IMG/VR virus record: IMGVR_UViG_3300027770_001980
Span: 62,001-126,000 of that record
DNA length: 64,000 nt
Strand: one strand, 5' to 3'
In this document: positions 55,201 through 62,071 of the stretch, piece after piece
Layout of the letters: each line of letters opens with the position of its first letter
Numbering within the stretch: the first letter of the stretch is position 1
Made by a program: the position numbers and the translations under genes
The notes under the pieces: model-generated
The model's database searches: none
Told to the model about the DNA's origin: nothing
Seen by the model: the letters and a program-made list of their open reading frames with translations, nothing else

Positions 55201-58176
55201 GGCGGTTGGAATTAATACAAGTGATTCACCATACCCGCCACTAAACAATATAGATGATTCGCTGGCAGGAATATCAATATCCATTTCTCCTTTATAATTC
55301 CAAGTAAATGGATTTCCTTCGTTAAATGTATTATTGGTTACAGCATCAATACTGTATGCGCCTGTCCAATTAATAAAATCTTTATTCAACAAATCTATCG
55401 CATCGGAAGGAAGATATTTGTCAGTTCTAAATGCTCCAGGGACAACATGCGTTACATCAAATACCGATGAATCATATTTGACCTTGATATTGTTATAAAT
55501 TCTTTTCTCATATTCAAGAATAATAGCATCTCTAAAATCACCATACGATTTTATCACACTGCCGTCATGACCAACAATAAATGTTACAGGATCTCCTACA
55601 TAAGAAGTATCACTATACATCATTGGCTCATATGCAGGATATAATCCTAATTTAGTCGGTGTTGCTGGTATGAAACATCCAAGTGTGTTATGATAGTAAT
55701 GTATTGCAATAGTATCGCCTGTAGTAAGTGGTACATCTGGGTCAATTAATATGCGCTGATCTATCGAATTGATATAATAATCTTTATCTAATAGTAATTG
55801 TACATTATTATGATAGACCAGAATAGATTGAAAACTTAACTTGGTTATATCAAACTCTGTGCCTATAGGAAATATATCATATACATTTGTGATTGTGTAT
55901 TCTCTTATGATCCTATCGTATCCATAACCTAACATATCAGATCTATAATAAGGGGATCTAGAATCCTTACTGACATTCATTTCAATCAAGGCCATGTCAA
56001 GTGCATCTACAGCAGGTATACTACCATCAATATTAGAGATAACCCTAATAAGATTCATTTTAAATTGATTGTATTGATCAGATGCTAACCGTATAGCATC
56101 AACTACATTATGTTCTTTCTTTCCAAGGAATGTTTGAGCAAATGCAATAGGATTTCGATTAATAATTAATCTGGTTCCATACTTGGTGTAATCATCCAAA
56201 TCTCTTAAATTGCCGGTTCCTGGAAAATTTCCAACAAAATTGGAATTCTTTTCAACCATAGACTTTAAATGATCTTCAAGTTCACTTAGGGTCATATGTG
56301 TTATAGGACCGTTTAATGGATTGTTGGTAAGGCTTAATGGTGTTTTATAAAACCCATTGCTATTAGGCTTGGTATCAGATGTTATTTCTAATGTAACAGT
56401 ATCATTAACCGTTAATGGTTGGTTAAAATTCACAGTTAATGTAGATGTATTAACTGTTGATATCCTAAATTTATCATTAACAAGTGCTGTAACTGATATA
56501 GTATTTGCTCGGTTAAATGATCTAATTGTTAATGTAGATGTACTCTCATTAACCGTTTGAATTTCAACCACAGGTATTTTATAATCCTCAGCAGTTGTCC
56601 ATAAATTGACTGGAACACTACCCGTTTCATCATTTATCTTGATATATGTAATTCCGGTAGTACTGGTAGTAGTTACATTATTAGAATTAGTAGTTGCTAA
56701 AATGTCTGTCATGAAATAGTTTTTAAAGACAAAACTTCCAATGCCAACACTATTTTGATACTTTACAGAAAATCCTAAAACATTATCATATACTGTACCA
56801 ATTTCATATCCAAATATCTTAGAGCCGATAAGATCGGTATTATAATAATTTTTATCACTATAGCTGTTCAGATCTTCGTCAAACAAATCAAACAGAGGTG
56901 CTTGATTTAGAGTAGTATGCTGCTGAGACTTTTCCCATTTATAAGTAAGGTCGCTCTGAACTTTATAGTTCCAGCTGGTACCGGAATTATTATTTCCAAA
57001 ATTAACCTCAACTGATTCAAACTCTGAAGAGGTGTGTACTAATTCTAAATGAAGAGTTGGGCTATTGGTTGTGGTATCAAAATATACACTATATACATTT
57101 CCTCTAACAGAAAGATCTTGAGCAGCATTAAATACTACCCGTTGACCTTTCTCCAGCAATACTCCATCAATATAATAACCGACTGTTCCATCAACTTCGA
57201 CTAATGGATTTGTTGTAACTGTATCCAGAAGATCGATGTTTTTAATTCCAGTAACACCAAAGTTATATAATTGTAAATTAGGTTTAAATTCTACAATTGG
57301 TCGTTTGGCTCGTGAATCTAACGGATATATTACCGATGCTTCATTATTAATTTCAGCGGCGAGACGAATTATCTCTCCGTGAAACCATCTGTTATATCTT
57401 GTCCAAGGATTTAAATCACGGCTTGAACGATTGATTGTTACATACTCCGGAGTTACTGGTAATCTACCATTGCCATCAAATGGATACGCATCAAATAAAT
57501 CGCCATCAAATGTTTCATTATATACTAATGCCACTGATTCGTTTACAACTAAATTATCCGCAAGAATTAGATATATACTTTTTCCAACACCTTCAACATA
57601 ATATTCTTTATCTTGATATGTAGTATCAGTGACTTGTAGAGAAAATTTAATTTTCATGCCGTTGGATAAATCGTACCCATTAGGCATATTATATGATGCC
57701 ATACCAATAATTTCATTTTCTACATCAACTGCGGCATCGATGATAACAGTATCAGGTCCGTTGGGTAACCAATAATATTGTGTATAGTTTATTAGTTTAT
57801 CCCAATCTATATATGGATCATAGGAATAGAATTTTGTTCTGAAAAGTCTGTCAATGTCACCAACTTTACCACCTTGTATACTAATCTCATTAATGATATC
57901 ATCAAATGCTACAACATCTGTGATGCTTCCTGCAGAATCTTTAAAGACTAATGCAGGGTCTAAAGAATAATTTGTTCTTAGAGATGAGTCTTCTGGAAGA
58001 TAATAATCTTTAGTAGAATCATAATTAGGAGTTGTTTTTGAACCTATGAACCCGTCAATGCGTTCAATCTCTGGTGTTTGGATTAATGGATCAAACGTTG
58101 ATGATAGAAATTTTGAATTTTTATCTGACTGAAGGTTATCCGGTAGAAATTTAACTGATTTTTTATTTGATGCCAT
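43267..58176 (-). CDS. Giant (4969 aa) baseplate wedge-like structural protein with two internal LamG domains
   Basis: Uninterrupted 14.9-kb ORF directly downstream of the gp6-like gene; GxGYTxxPTVTIxGG repeats; WWDLS, YEWVKS, YFWVK motifs; beta-rich. Confidence 0.8.
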   Translation of the reverse strand: MASNKKSVKFLPDNLQSDKNSKFLSSTFDPLIQTPEIERIDGFIGSKTTPNYDSTKDYYLPEDSSLRTNYSLDPALVFKDSAGSITDVVAFDDIINEISIQGGKVGDIDRLFRTKFYSYDPYIDWDKLINYTQYYWLPNGPDTVIIDAAVDVENEIIGMASYNMPNGYDLSNGMKIKFSLQVTDTTYQDKEYYVEGVGKSIYLILADNLVVNESVALVYNETFDGDLFDAYPFDGNGRLPVTPEYVTINRSSRDLNPWTRYNRWFHGEIIRLAAEINNEASVIYPLDSRAKRPIVEFKPNLQLYNFGVTGIKNIDLLDTVTTNPLVEVDGTVGYYIDGVLLEKGQRVVFNAAQDLSVRGNVYSVYFDTTTNSPTLHLELVHTSSEFESVEVNFGNNNSGTSWNYKVQSDLTYKWEKSQQHTTLNQAPLFDLFDEDLNSYSDKNYYNTDLIGSKIFGYEIGTVYDNVLGFSVKYQNSVGIGSFVFKNYFMTDILATTNSNNVTTTSTTGITYIKINDETGSVPVNLWTTAEDYKIPVVEIQTVNESTSTLTIRSFNRANTISVTALVNDKFRISTVNTSTLTVNFNQPLTVNDTVTLEITSDTKPNSNGFYKTPLSLTNNPLNGPITHMTLSELEDHLKSMVEKNSNFVGNFPGTGNLRDLDDYTKYGTRLIINRNPIAFAQTFLGKKEHNVVDAIRLASDQYNQFKMNLIRVISNIDGSIPAVDALDMALIEMNVSKDSRSPYYRSDMLGYGYDRIIREYTITNVYDIFPIGTEFDITKLSFQSILVYHNNVQLLLDKDYYINSIDQRILIDPDVPLTTGDTIAIHYYHNTLGCFIPATPTKLGLYPAYEPMMYSDTSYVGDPVTFIVGHDGSVIKSYGDFRDAIILEYEKRIYNNIKVKYDSSVFDVTHVVPGAFRTDKYLPSDAIDLLNKDFINWTGAYSIDAVTNNTFNEGNPFTWNYKGEMDIDIPASESSILFSGGYGESLVLIPTATTSSTELNFGTGDFTIEAKIYVYTSNIPGYRCIIGSPVFDGLVFGIGGATGNTLFYVNGLTVHTTNETAIQDNKWYHVALSRHGSMVQIFLDGILVGYSIDDSSLSLSGDNDQTWIGDTAWGANFWGRIKDVRVVKGIALYIDDFSVPTNPLAITQKSNENGFPSAAITNAANTVLLTLQDNQFVDNSDYDHIVFPYPLGGYISPFVSPEGDDRNSSIYLDGSSYLTIPSTSALNFGTGDFTIEAWVYIYTAEIPGVRVIIGSVFNTGGLEFGLGYYNGAEEEFIDPSNVIWHVDVDIQNETWYHAAMVRSGSIIGLFMDGTLVATANKPESMSLCANGSKAIIGSLVESTSAGFGNFWGYMSNLRVVKGIAVYTQDFTPPKYKFTAVQAENENGFPSAAINDPYATVLLVLQDRTLVDNSIYSHTVTPIGNPVISLDNIPFGTAPVKLSGEYVTGYWRGIYKYFYDTDRPHTHPWEILGYSVKPLWWDDYYSWIDLDKRAALISAIINGYTNEPYLDPVVDIDHARPSFSSYIPVDRYGNLLTPTLDTLLGDLDKQSNWKFGDYSPAETAWRRSSYWPFALNALAALLNPTEYTTSMYDTSRTQLNILKQLTYLQDDLYLSPKKLLVEGDVQTSGFGVYVVEKGLQKDSNYINSLKEDLTYLNFNLFHKLGGFASKDKLQILIDSVDPLSQAQGALLPPEDYTLLLNVSNPIVSASISGVILQKYEGKFIIKGYDKFNSYFEILKPILQGTSGALTVGGKSETFTEWNNTVNNSNNGLLEDALTSTESNNSRYYKQGQLLRYNGRFYRVKVGHTAQSTFDTTLFYQLPSLPSKGGATVELSSRFESTVTRVPYGSSYSTVQEVYDVLVGYGARLEQQGFIFDEFNPELNEIMDWRYTAKEFLYWSTQNWADGHLITLSPFADYLKYSFPDSVVDDISNGKYEYSLLKADGKSFPSDKFRLSREDGVCIISTIDTYEGIFFAKLNSVQKEHGMVFNNHTIFNDTIYDIETGYKQRRMKISGFRTKGWNGDLSSPGFVYDKVSITDWKSYHTYLPGDLVRYNSAYYESNQKIRNDATFDFAKWDKLNSKPESNLLPNFDYTINQFEDFYSLDIDNFDSTQQQLAQHLIGYTPRTYLNNIFTNPVSQYKFYQGFIKEKGTKNAIDKLSKAGKFTRNGEISFKEDWAFRVGEYGGFSSYNEIEFVLVEGISTENPYVTKLIDTIPSSSNPLINYVLSSSLLLKPSNYITTSTFNLYNGTYSDTNMELPIAGYVRQDDVTVTAYNKNSLLDIANNSLIQEGNTVWLGFLENGGWTVYRYSKQPAKVAGVYVSSPGADITFTTDINHNLSIGDIISIVRFNVQVDGIYIVKDIPRLDQITVASVLTTITDAALLSYGALFKFEEARYSNSAKLAGIRDVLRVRYDEKIWIDSGEDGKWKVYEKLNNYQKVANSFDTVKQPLGQKLGTAIYASDDDNTVLISSPGTTSTWVFTKNNITGILSKQFEYTLNDSIHTYCTMDTSCEFGYSLTYDYNKGFYITGAPAASSVRGPNSPTGVVTTSSGTGNVRGYTSEGLVKIGSRRTVGTGTNKVILSQASTEAVLLNPYPTNNSRFGHSVYVASKASTSTVLLVGTPGPSNTTGKVYAYFIDNNLSISISAHSHGITLSPHGSLSNGSQFGYKISGDKVGNIFAVSAPYHVINTSTIGVVQLFNKDLDWIQTISSPFGTSAVFGEEVTVSPDGTFIFISSVNSKSPDESYGKVAVYKFNGTIATLYQIIGNPVNSYNLKFGFTISISEDNKILAISSLGINNANISRFDFDQKSGETTFDGGTTQFIDTIPDSGVVYIYNNLEGYFIPADELSDSSILTSSKYGSSIAVTNDRILIGAPSTAISGDDDSTVYQFDKIDKTINSWNLSREQEDLVDISTIKKISTIDLQTEEVIDYLEIIDPVKGKIAGIAEQELKYRSAFDPAVYSIGLANNIVDSTTSWIDDHVGELWWDLSTVKYMWYEQGDDLFRKNNWSRTFPGSTIDVYEWVKSDLMPSEWAAKADSNDGLTKGISGQPKYPANSSISVKQVFNKVTNSFENVYYFWVKNKVTVPSVKNRRISSYQVSRLIADPLSNGLKFAEILSADSVAFANIQPSLVGERISVNIAIDRIDNDIPRHTEWLLIAEGDDKASPTPFLEKKLFDSLLGHDFLGNNVPDLSLTSRNRYGIGIRPQQTLFKDRLIALRNIVDFANSVLIKNLILEKYFSFDNLNEKEPIPNILDGEYDEIVSDINSLDSVDTNLLQRAFLECNIENGKIVSVSILNGGFAYMLAPSVTVLADQSGAKLVTTINSDGKVVDVSIENPGSGFTSAPVLVVRPHTVIVSYNADYGGRWTKHAFNYNNDVDNNWTRIKNQTYNTPLYWNKADWASDTFNKFKDYSYVIASASSLSLLYEANVGDYVKINNIGDGYYAILEKISSDKVGNFAPEFDIVYRENGTIQISESLWNYKDSRYSYDVATLDETLYDQIPDLEVFYILTALKKDIFINDLKVNWNLLFFTAVRYALTEQKLLDWTFKTSFIDITNTIGSLDQRPVYKLDNENYFEEYVKEVKPYHSHIRSYKSRYTYLDDQFTASSIDFDMPSFYNTLTQSYEIVTVDNDKINETPWKYWKDNYQYIIGSVRVGNKGVGYTQRPTVTINGGNGSGATAEAYIRAGSIYQILVTDPGSGYTSTPTITISGGGPNVTTSATAVAVFDESPIRKNKIGLRFNRTTSLPSMIVETVSDTFICSGNENKYVLSWLADTDKLNIIPLLDGRLVLSSDYTIEYYAITDSGYTKKYSRFVFLNYVPNRDQEFKITYNKSFNLYNAVDMIEKFHTGTFALSSLMSGIEYPGSVVQGLPFNYSPAWDTVSGYGQYDTDTAWSDIIGDYVATKLIRSITPDSSVLYLDTVDGIVTGSEITILNSSDKRIRDTTVVVSIDEIEKSVTISKPTYDIGYAKSTSTNTGTNITFKTREEFNGAIVIGDRITISGIDDAGFNGIYTVRSVIDTDKFIVTATTVLSTVTSYPSSTATLIISSVLKNVTTGTSLLDNIKETFVTDTSTYFFEILILFKEVSKIEIRKNNEGTFMPIGDPVNGPIPAQEYWWPMENVNGNIIIEFYNLTDPSYYMDIKLYSDPIVEFWKTDYLPTVFYTDATSREISSTFEVNPVDYTIDGDAFLNIQNGYAPEECVAGTVLDTLGINVYTKASNSYAMVYSGSFPISNTVSYNYYTLTMPIDGSAFVTVHFNGSIFDRVADGNSFTGLNQYYMEGNTIYCNIQSVTGRAGYTIITVGGDYSVLDHKMVTATGPSATVESLASINDVRSAYVLVDGQEISEVATSSQYGYMIEQVSPTNKRACVKVYLLPDTGYSHTIQAWFFESEYTKFNRIHEEVFTPGNGENYLAQISNPLIASSLGFGNSPWNVLIINGNNYLDFDLTTDWKIYKNGNYYSIESIDTVTYSPWIVIYPSDPALYFNVVEYITFYLPAPQSVFTMSIAPGTAEPVSEQVIVELGTTTVTRLRPPSTSYYQIQRNQRTFKIDNKHNRDPDSYITDTVFVYANGVMLRSGFEYSFNSANNTITIVDGLLRNGDVVAIVGLIDGEYDFTIEGDTLIFANAIENNNIRVLSFTDHDNMMIRTEEFDGTPLRRFTLSLPALNDNYVWVYVNGVPLTARFDYEILEDSKTIKISNDISVGTGDTVIITTINPLNYGSQILGFRMFEDMSGTLDFHRLSEFYSTTLSESFDDTSTEIHVVDPTGLYSPDPLTNDPGVVLIDGERIEYFRKDGNVLRQLRRSTMGTGATSYSDVGTKVIDQSRLQILPYSSETTLVQTTSTTATTYIISTVTNSIIGDGIVLTSGINAVDQVTVYYGGRQLRKSSLVYHDTSISYDPSDTSLVTLPPEFTINTSTRTLVLNISDTNGINTDITIVQKKGSIWSGTKQVSLINSTATQAIFMREKEAVLPDRYYYGG
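53880..55260 (-). repeat. Tandem pair of LamG/concanavalin-A-like domains (about 680-700 bp period; boundaries approximate)
   Basis: LNFGTGDFTIEA, WYH(V/A)A and NENGFPSAAI each occur twice; DNA similarity e.g. CCTGTACCAAAATTTAA near 54485 and 55166. Confidence 0.8.
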
Positions 58177-58177
58177 G

Positions 58178-61100
58178 TTAATTTCCGGTGGTTGTTATAA
58201 TTGAGGATGAAGATTTCAATTGCGATGCGGTGATAGAATCAATAATTTCAATATCAGATATCTTCGCACCACTGATAAACAATTCATTTGAAAGACATGC
58301 TACCTCATATAGACTTCCAAATCCATTATTGGCCACTGGAACAATAATTAAATTCAATATATAAGGTGTAAGATTATTCATAATATAAGTTGACAATTCA
58401 CTAAAGTGAAAACTCTGGCCAAACTCCCAATTTTCTAATGCAAAAAACTCATTAATGGACTGTAGTATTTGTGTTTTCAAATCGTTATCTGTGGTAATCT
58501 TTTCTGGATTTTTAACTGCTTTAAACTTAGCCTGAAGATTAACATCGGCACCTGAACCAAATAATAATTTATATGCTACTGGATGAAAAACTATTTCATC
58601 ACTGATAGATTTTATATTGTTTAGATTAGGAAGATAGTTTTGTCCTAACCCTTGACTTGTTGGTAACAATGGCTCCTTAGAACCGTTACCGCTCAACCAA
58701 CTTCTATAATCGTTGTCATATGAATTAGTTAAAACATATATATCAATAATATTTGACTTACCCGGGTCTAATCTTCTTTCATGCCCACTATTATGTTGGT
58801 ATTGGAATTTTATATTTGACCGACCGGATCTTCCAAAATATTGATCTGTATAAACTAATGAAGAAGTAAGTGAAGACCAATACTTGACAATATTTAACAA
58901 TGGATCATAGAAATAAAATAAATCGCCATTATTAACTGTATTACTATCTTTATATACCAAGAAGTCGGCTTCGGTTTGTAAAGGAATTATTTCAGTATAA
59001 GTTAATGAATAACTTGCTTTGTCAGAAGATTTTTCAAAATATACAAATTGAGATTCTGCAATAGCATTAAATGCATCCGGGTCAGATATTTGTCCGGTGT
59101 TGGTAGCATCGTAGAAACTAACCTTGATTTTTTTAGGCTCAACATATCCATCATATTCAATCACAGGACCATCAATTTGCCAAAGATAATCGTGTCCTAA
59201 ACCAACAACACTATTAGTAGATGTAGAATTTACAGAAAGAACAGTAATCTTATCTTTAATGACAGAGTTGGTGGTGAAGTCAAAATTTATAGTTGATTCA
59301 TCATTAAAGAATGCTGTCTGTTCTTCGCTTTCAAAGAAGTAATATAATGTTCTATATCGAACTTCATAATTTTTACCTGTCCATACAAATGCAACTAACC
59401 AGCTGGAATCCTTTCCTTGATCGATTGCATTAAATTGATTGGTTAGACTAAATGGATCCAATAAATTTAAATTCGAATTTAATATAAATTGCCAATCTCT
59501 GGTGACTTTATCAATAGTCAATCCAAAATTCCTTCTGTTCATACAGATATTGGTTATCTCGTTTTCAATTGAATAACTTAAGATACTATTATATTTGTAA
59601 ATAACTTCACTTGGTATTGCGCCTTGTGGTACCACTATTGAAAAAATCACAGGACCTGTACCGTCTGAAAGATTACCAACACCGTAATTAGATCCATCTC
59701 CGATTATTTGTTTAATTGTAGCCCATATATATGGACGGCCACCTGTTGGAATAACTCCAGAGTTTGGTAGTGTTTTTAATTTATTTTTCTGATCAAAGTA
59801 TTTTCCAGATGGTGGTAAAAACTTTATAATAGATCCGTTTACCAAATACATCAATACAGATTGAGAATATGTTCCTATTGGAAGAGGAATACCCAACTGA
59901 CTGAAGTATCCTCTACTTTCTTCAGAAATAACATTTGTTTGATTCCATGACAATCCAAAAGAAGATAAAGATATTCTAGGATAGTTTTCAAGATAGAAAG
60001 ATCTCAACGCAGTTAAAGAGATAATAGGGTCTAATTGATTTTTAATAACTGCAAGGACTTGATTCCTACTTGAGAATTCAAATTCAAATTTGCTGATATT
60101 TTCTTCTTTGTACAATATCCCATCATCTGCAAATATGTTTGTCTTGCTGTATTGTCCGCTGATATCGCTTAAATCAAAATACTTACTAAGTCCGCTGGTT
60201 ACCCTGGCGATGCTTTTTATCTTCAATATATCGGCACCGGCATTCAAAGGTGCGATATTATAATCTTCACCTGTAACCATTCTATTTTGTGTGTAATAGG
60301 TTTGAGGTGCTTTGGTCTGTATACTAAGATTAGATTCAGGGCCTGCACTATTGTTAACAGTATATTCAAGACTTAATGTAAGTTTCAATACATGATTTTG
60401 CCCTGAGGAATTTAGATAAGGAATATTAACTTGTATTCCACTCATTTGCTCGGGTTTGATAACGTAATTCAAACCATTACTTTGTCTGTAGAAAAATCTA
60501 AAATCACCTTTTGGAAGATCTCCAAACACACCGTCGGCAAAATTTAAATCAATTTGATCTTGATCACGTGTACTGACAGAATATAATGATCTTATGTTTT
60601 GATTGATACTATTGTATATAACATTATTTCCTACCAATGATGCTACCTGTGTCCATAGGGTTGAAAAATTACCATTCTTGTCTAATTGCCATAACCATAC
60701 ATCTGTATCATTGATGTTAGGTGTATTGACTCCTATTATTTCATTAGGAACTGGAGTGTCTACACTAAATCTGGAGACCGATAAAGTTCCTTGTTTAAAG
60801 TGTGCAAAAAATCCGGTATTAGCACTGCCGCTTCCTTGATTATCATTTTTATACATTAAACTGAAGAAATTTCCAGGACTTGGGGCCTCTTCGTATATAA
60901 CAGTGTTTCCTGCAAATGTTGAAGGTACTATTTCAAAACTCATCGGTGTACCATTGATATTTTTACTAAAATTAAAAATAGGAACATCAGCATTAGAACT
61001 ATGTATTCTATATTGTTCTGTAATGATAGAATCAATACTATCACGAGACTCAGGATTACCAAAATTAGTAATCATGGCAGAATTCATTATATTAATAAAT

Positions 61101-61561
61101 TGCTGATACCAATCTGTATTTGTTGGATCATTCCATCCTATTACAGTATTTGAAAGATTAGTACCATTGGAATCAAAAACGCTATCGGAAGTTGCAACTG
61201 CTGTGAGCTTTAGAAACCCATTGGCAGGAACATTTCTTTTTGGATTGTAACTGATTAATTGTGCAAGTCTTAATATACTATCCCGACGTTGTGCAGTTTC
61301 TAAAAAGTTTTCACGTGCATTTAAATCTATACGGAAACTTAGATTTTGACCCAAGTATGCGATAACATCAATTAAGGCAATGAATTCACTGCTATCAATA
61401 TAATCGTTAAATTCTTCAGGGTATTTTTCCCTAATGTAGGTAATCATTGTACGACGAAGAGTTTCAAAGTCGTAGCTCTTGAAGTCGGCATTCTTAAAAG
61501 ATTGATATACTTTTTTCCAATCTTCGCCAACCAGTAATTTTGTGTTTGTTGATGGTATCAT
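58178..61561 (-). CDS. Baseplate wedge protein, T4 gp6-like
   Basis: SYDFETLRRTMITYIR...NDYIDSSEFIALIDVIAYLGQNLSFRIDLNARENFLETAQRRDSILRLAQLISYNPKR; YTQNRMVTGEDY. Confidence 0.88.
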   Translation of the reverse strand: MIPSTNTKLLVGEDWKKVYQSFKNADFKSYDFETLRRTMITYIREKYPEEFNDYIDSSEFIALIDVIAYLGQNLSFRIDLNARENFLETAQRRDSILRLAQLISYNPKRNVPANGFLKLTAVATSDSVFDSNGTNLSNTVIGWNDPTNTDWYQQFINIMNSAMITNFGNPESRDSIDSIITEQYRIHSSNADVPIFNFSKNINGTPMSFEIVPSTFAGNTVIYEEAPSPGNFFSLMYKNDNQGSGSANTGFFAHFKQGTLSVSRFSVDTPVPNEIIGVNTPNINDTDVWLWQLDKNGNFSTLWTQVASLVGNNVIYNSINQNIRSLYSVSTRDQDQIDLNFADGVFGDLPKGDFRFFYRQSNGLNYVIKPEQMSGIQVNIPYLNSSGQNHVLKLTLSLEYTVNNSAGPESNLSIQTKAPQTYYTQNRMVTGEDYNIAPLNAGADILKIKSIARVTSGLSKYFDLSDISGQYSKTNIFADDGILYKEENISKFEFEFSSRNQVLAVIKNQLDPIISLTALRSFYLENYPRISLSSFGLSWNQTNVISEESRGYFSQLGIPLPIGTYSQSVLMYLVNGSIIKFLPPSGKYFDQKNKLKTLPNSGVIPTGGRPYIWATIKQIIGDGSNYGVGNLSDGTGPVIFSIVVPQGAIPSEVIYKYNSILSYSIENEITNICMNRRNFGLTIDKVTRDWQFILNSNLNLLDPFSLTNQFNAIDQGKDSSWLVAFVWTGKNYEVRYRTLYYFFESEEQTAFFNDESTINFDFTTNSVIKDKITVLSVNSTSTNSVVGLGHDYLWQIDGPVIEYDGYVEPKKIKVSFYDATNTGQISDPDAFNAIAESQFVYFEKSSDKASYSLTYTEIIPLQTEADFLVYKDSNTVNNGDLFYFYDPLLNIVKYWSSLTSSLVYTDQYFGRSGRSNIKFQYQHNSGHERRLDPGKSNIIDIYVLTNSYDNDYRSWLSGNGSKEPLLPTSQGLGQNYLPNLNNIKSISDEIVFHPVAYKLLFGSGADVNLQAKFKAVKNPEKITTDNDLKTQILQSINEFFALENWEFGQSFHFSELSTYIMNNLTPYILNLIIVPVANNGFGSLYEVACLSNELFISGAKISDIEIIDSITASQLKSSSSIITTTGN

Positions 61562-61575
61562 AATATTCTATACCG

Positions 61576-61582
61576 TATTTAT
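61576..61582 (-). promoter_or_regulatory. Putative late promoter core (ATAAATA, minus strand)
   Basis: TATTTAT 14 nt upstream of the gp6-like start. Confidence 0.5.
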
Positions 61583-61603
61583 TGTGCAGATTAAGTAGGT
61601 ATA

Positions 61604-62041
61604 TTATTGTACACTCAATCCAATTTCTTGATTAAATGATAATCTAAGTTGAGAAGTTTGATTAGTATTTTTCATTGCCAACGTAATTTCAATTAAGTAT
61701 CCTTGGGGATATTCATTGATTAAAATCTGTAATGGATGAACCCTGGGGTCTGACTTACATATAGCTGTTATATCTTTTGAAATAATTTCTCTCACCTTAG
61801 GTGTTAATGGTTCCATTAATAGATCCCATATAACACATCCAAATGAAGGATTCATCACACGCTGGCCCTTACGAGTATTAAAATGATTAATAATGTCTTG
61901 TTTAACCAAATCAAAATCATATAGTTTAGATGATCTATTAGCAGGATTCAAGGTACTGAAACCTTTATAATATTGGAATAAAGTATCAGGATGTTGTTCG
62001 CTATAGCTAACAGGATTTAGTTCGATGTTTTTGTAAGGCAT
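61604..62041 (-). CDS. Baseplate wedge protein, T4 gp25-like
   Basis: YKGFST...DFDLVKQDIINHFNTRKGQRVMNPSFGCVIWDLLMEP...DPRV. Confidence 0.9.
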   Translation of the reverse strand: MPYKNIELNPVSYSEQHPDTLFQYYKGFSTLNPANRSSKLYDFDLVKQDIINHFNTRKGQRVMNPSFGCVIWDLLMEPLTPKVREIISKDITAICKSDPRVHPLQILINEYPQGYLIEITLAMKNTNQTSQLRLSFNQEIGLSVQ

Positions 62042-62043
62042 AT

Positions 62044-62050
62044 TATATTT
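62044..62050 (-). promoter_or_regulatory. Putative late promoter core (ATAAATA, minus strand)
   Basis: TATTTAT 2 nt upstream of the gp25-like ATG. Confidence 0.45.
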
Positions 62051-62071
62051 ATTAGAGTAAAAAATGTCTAA

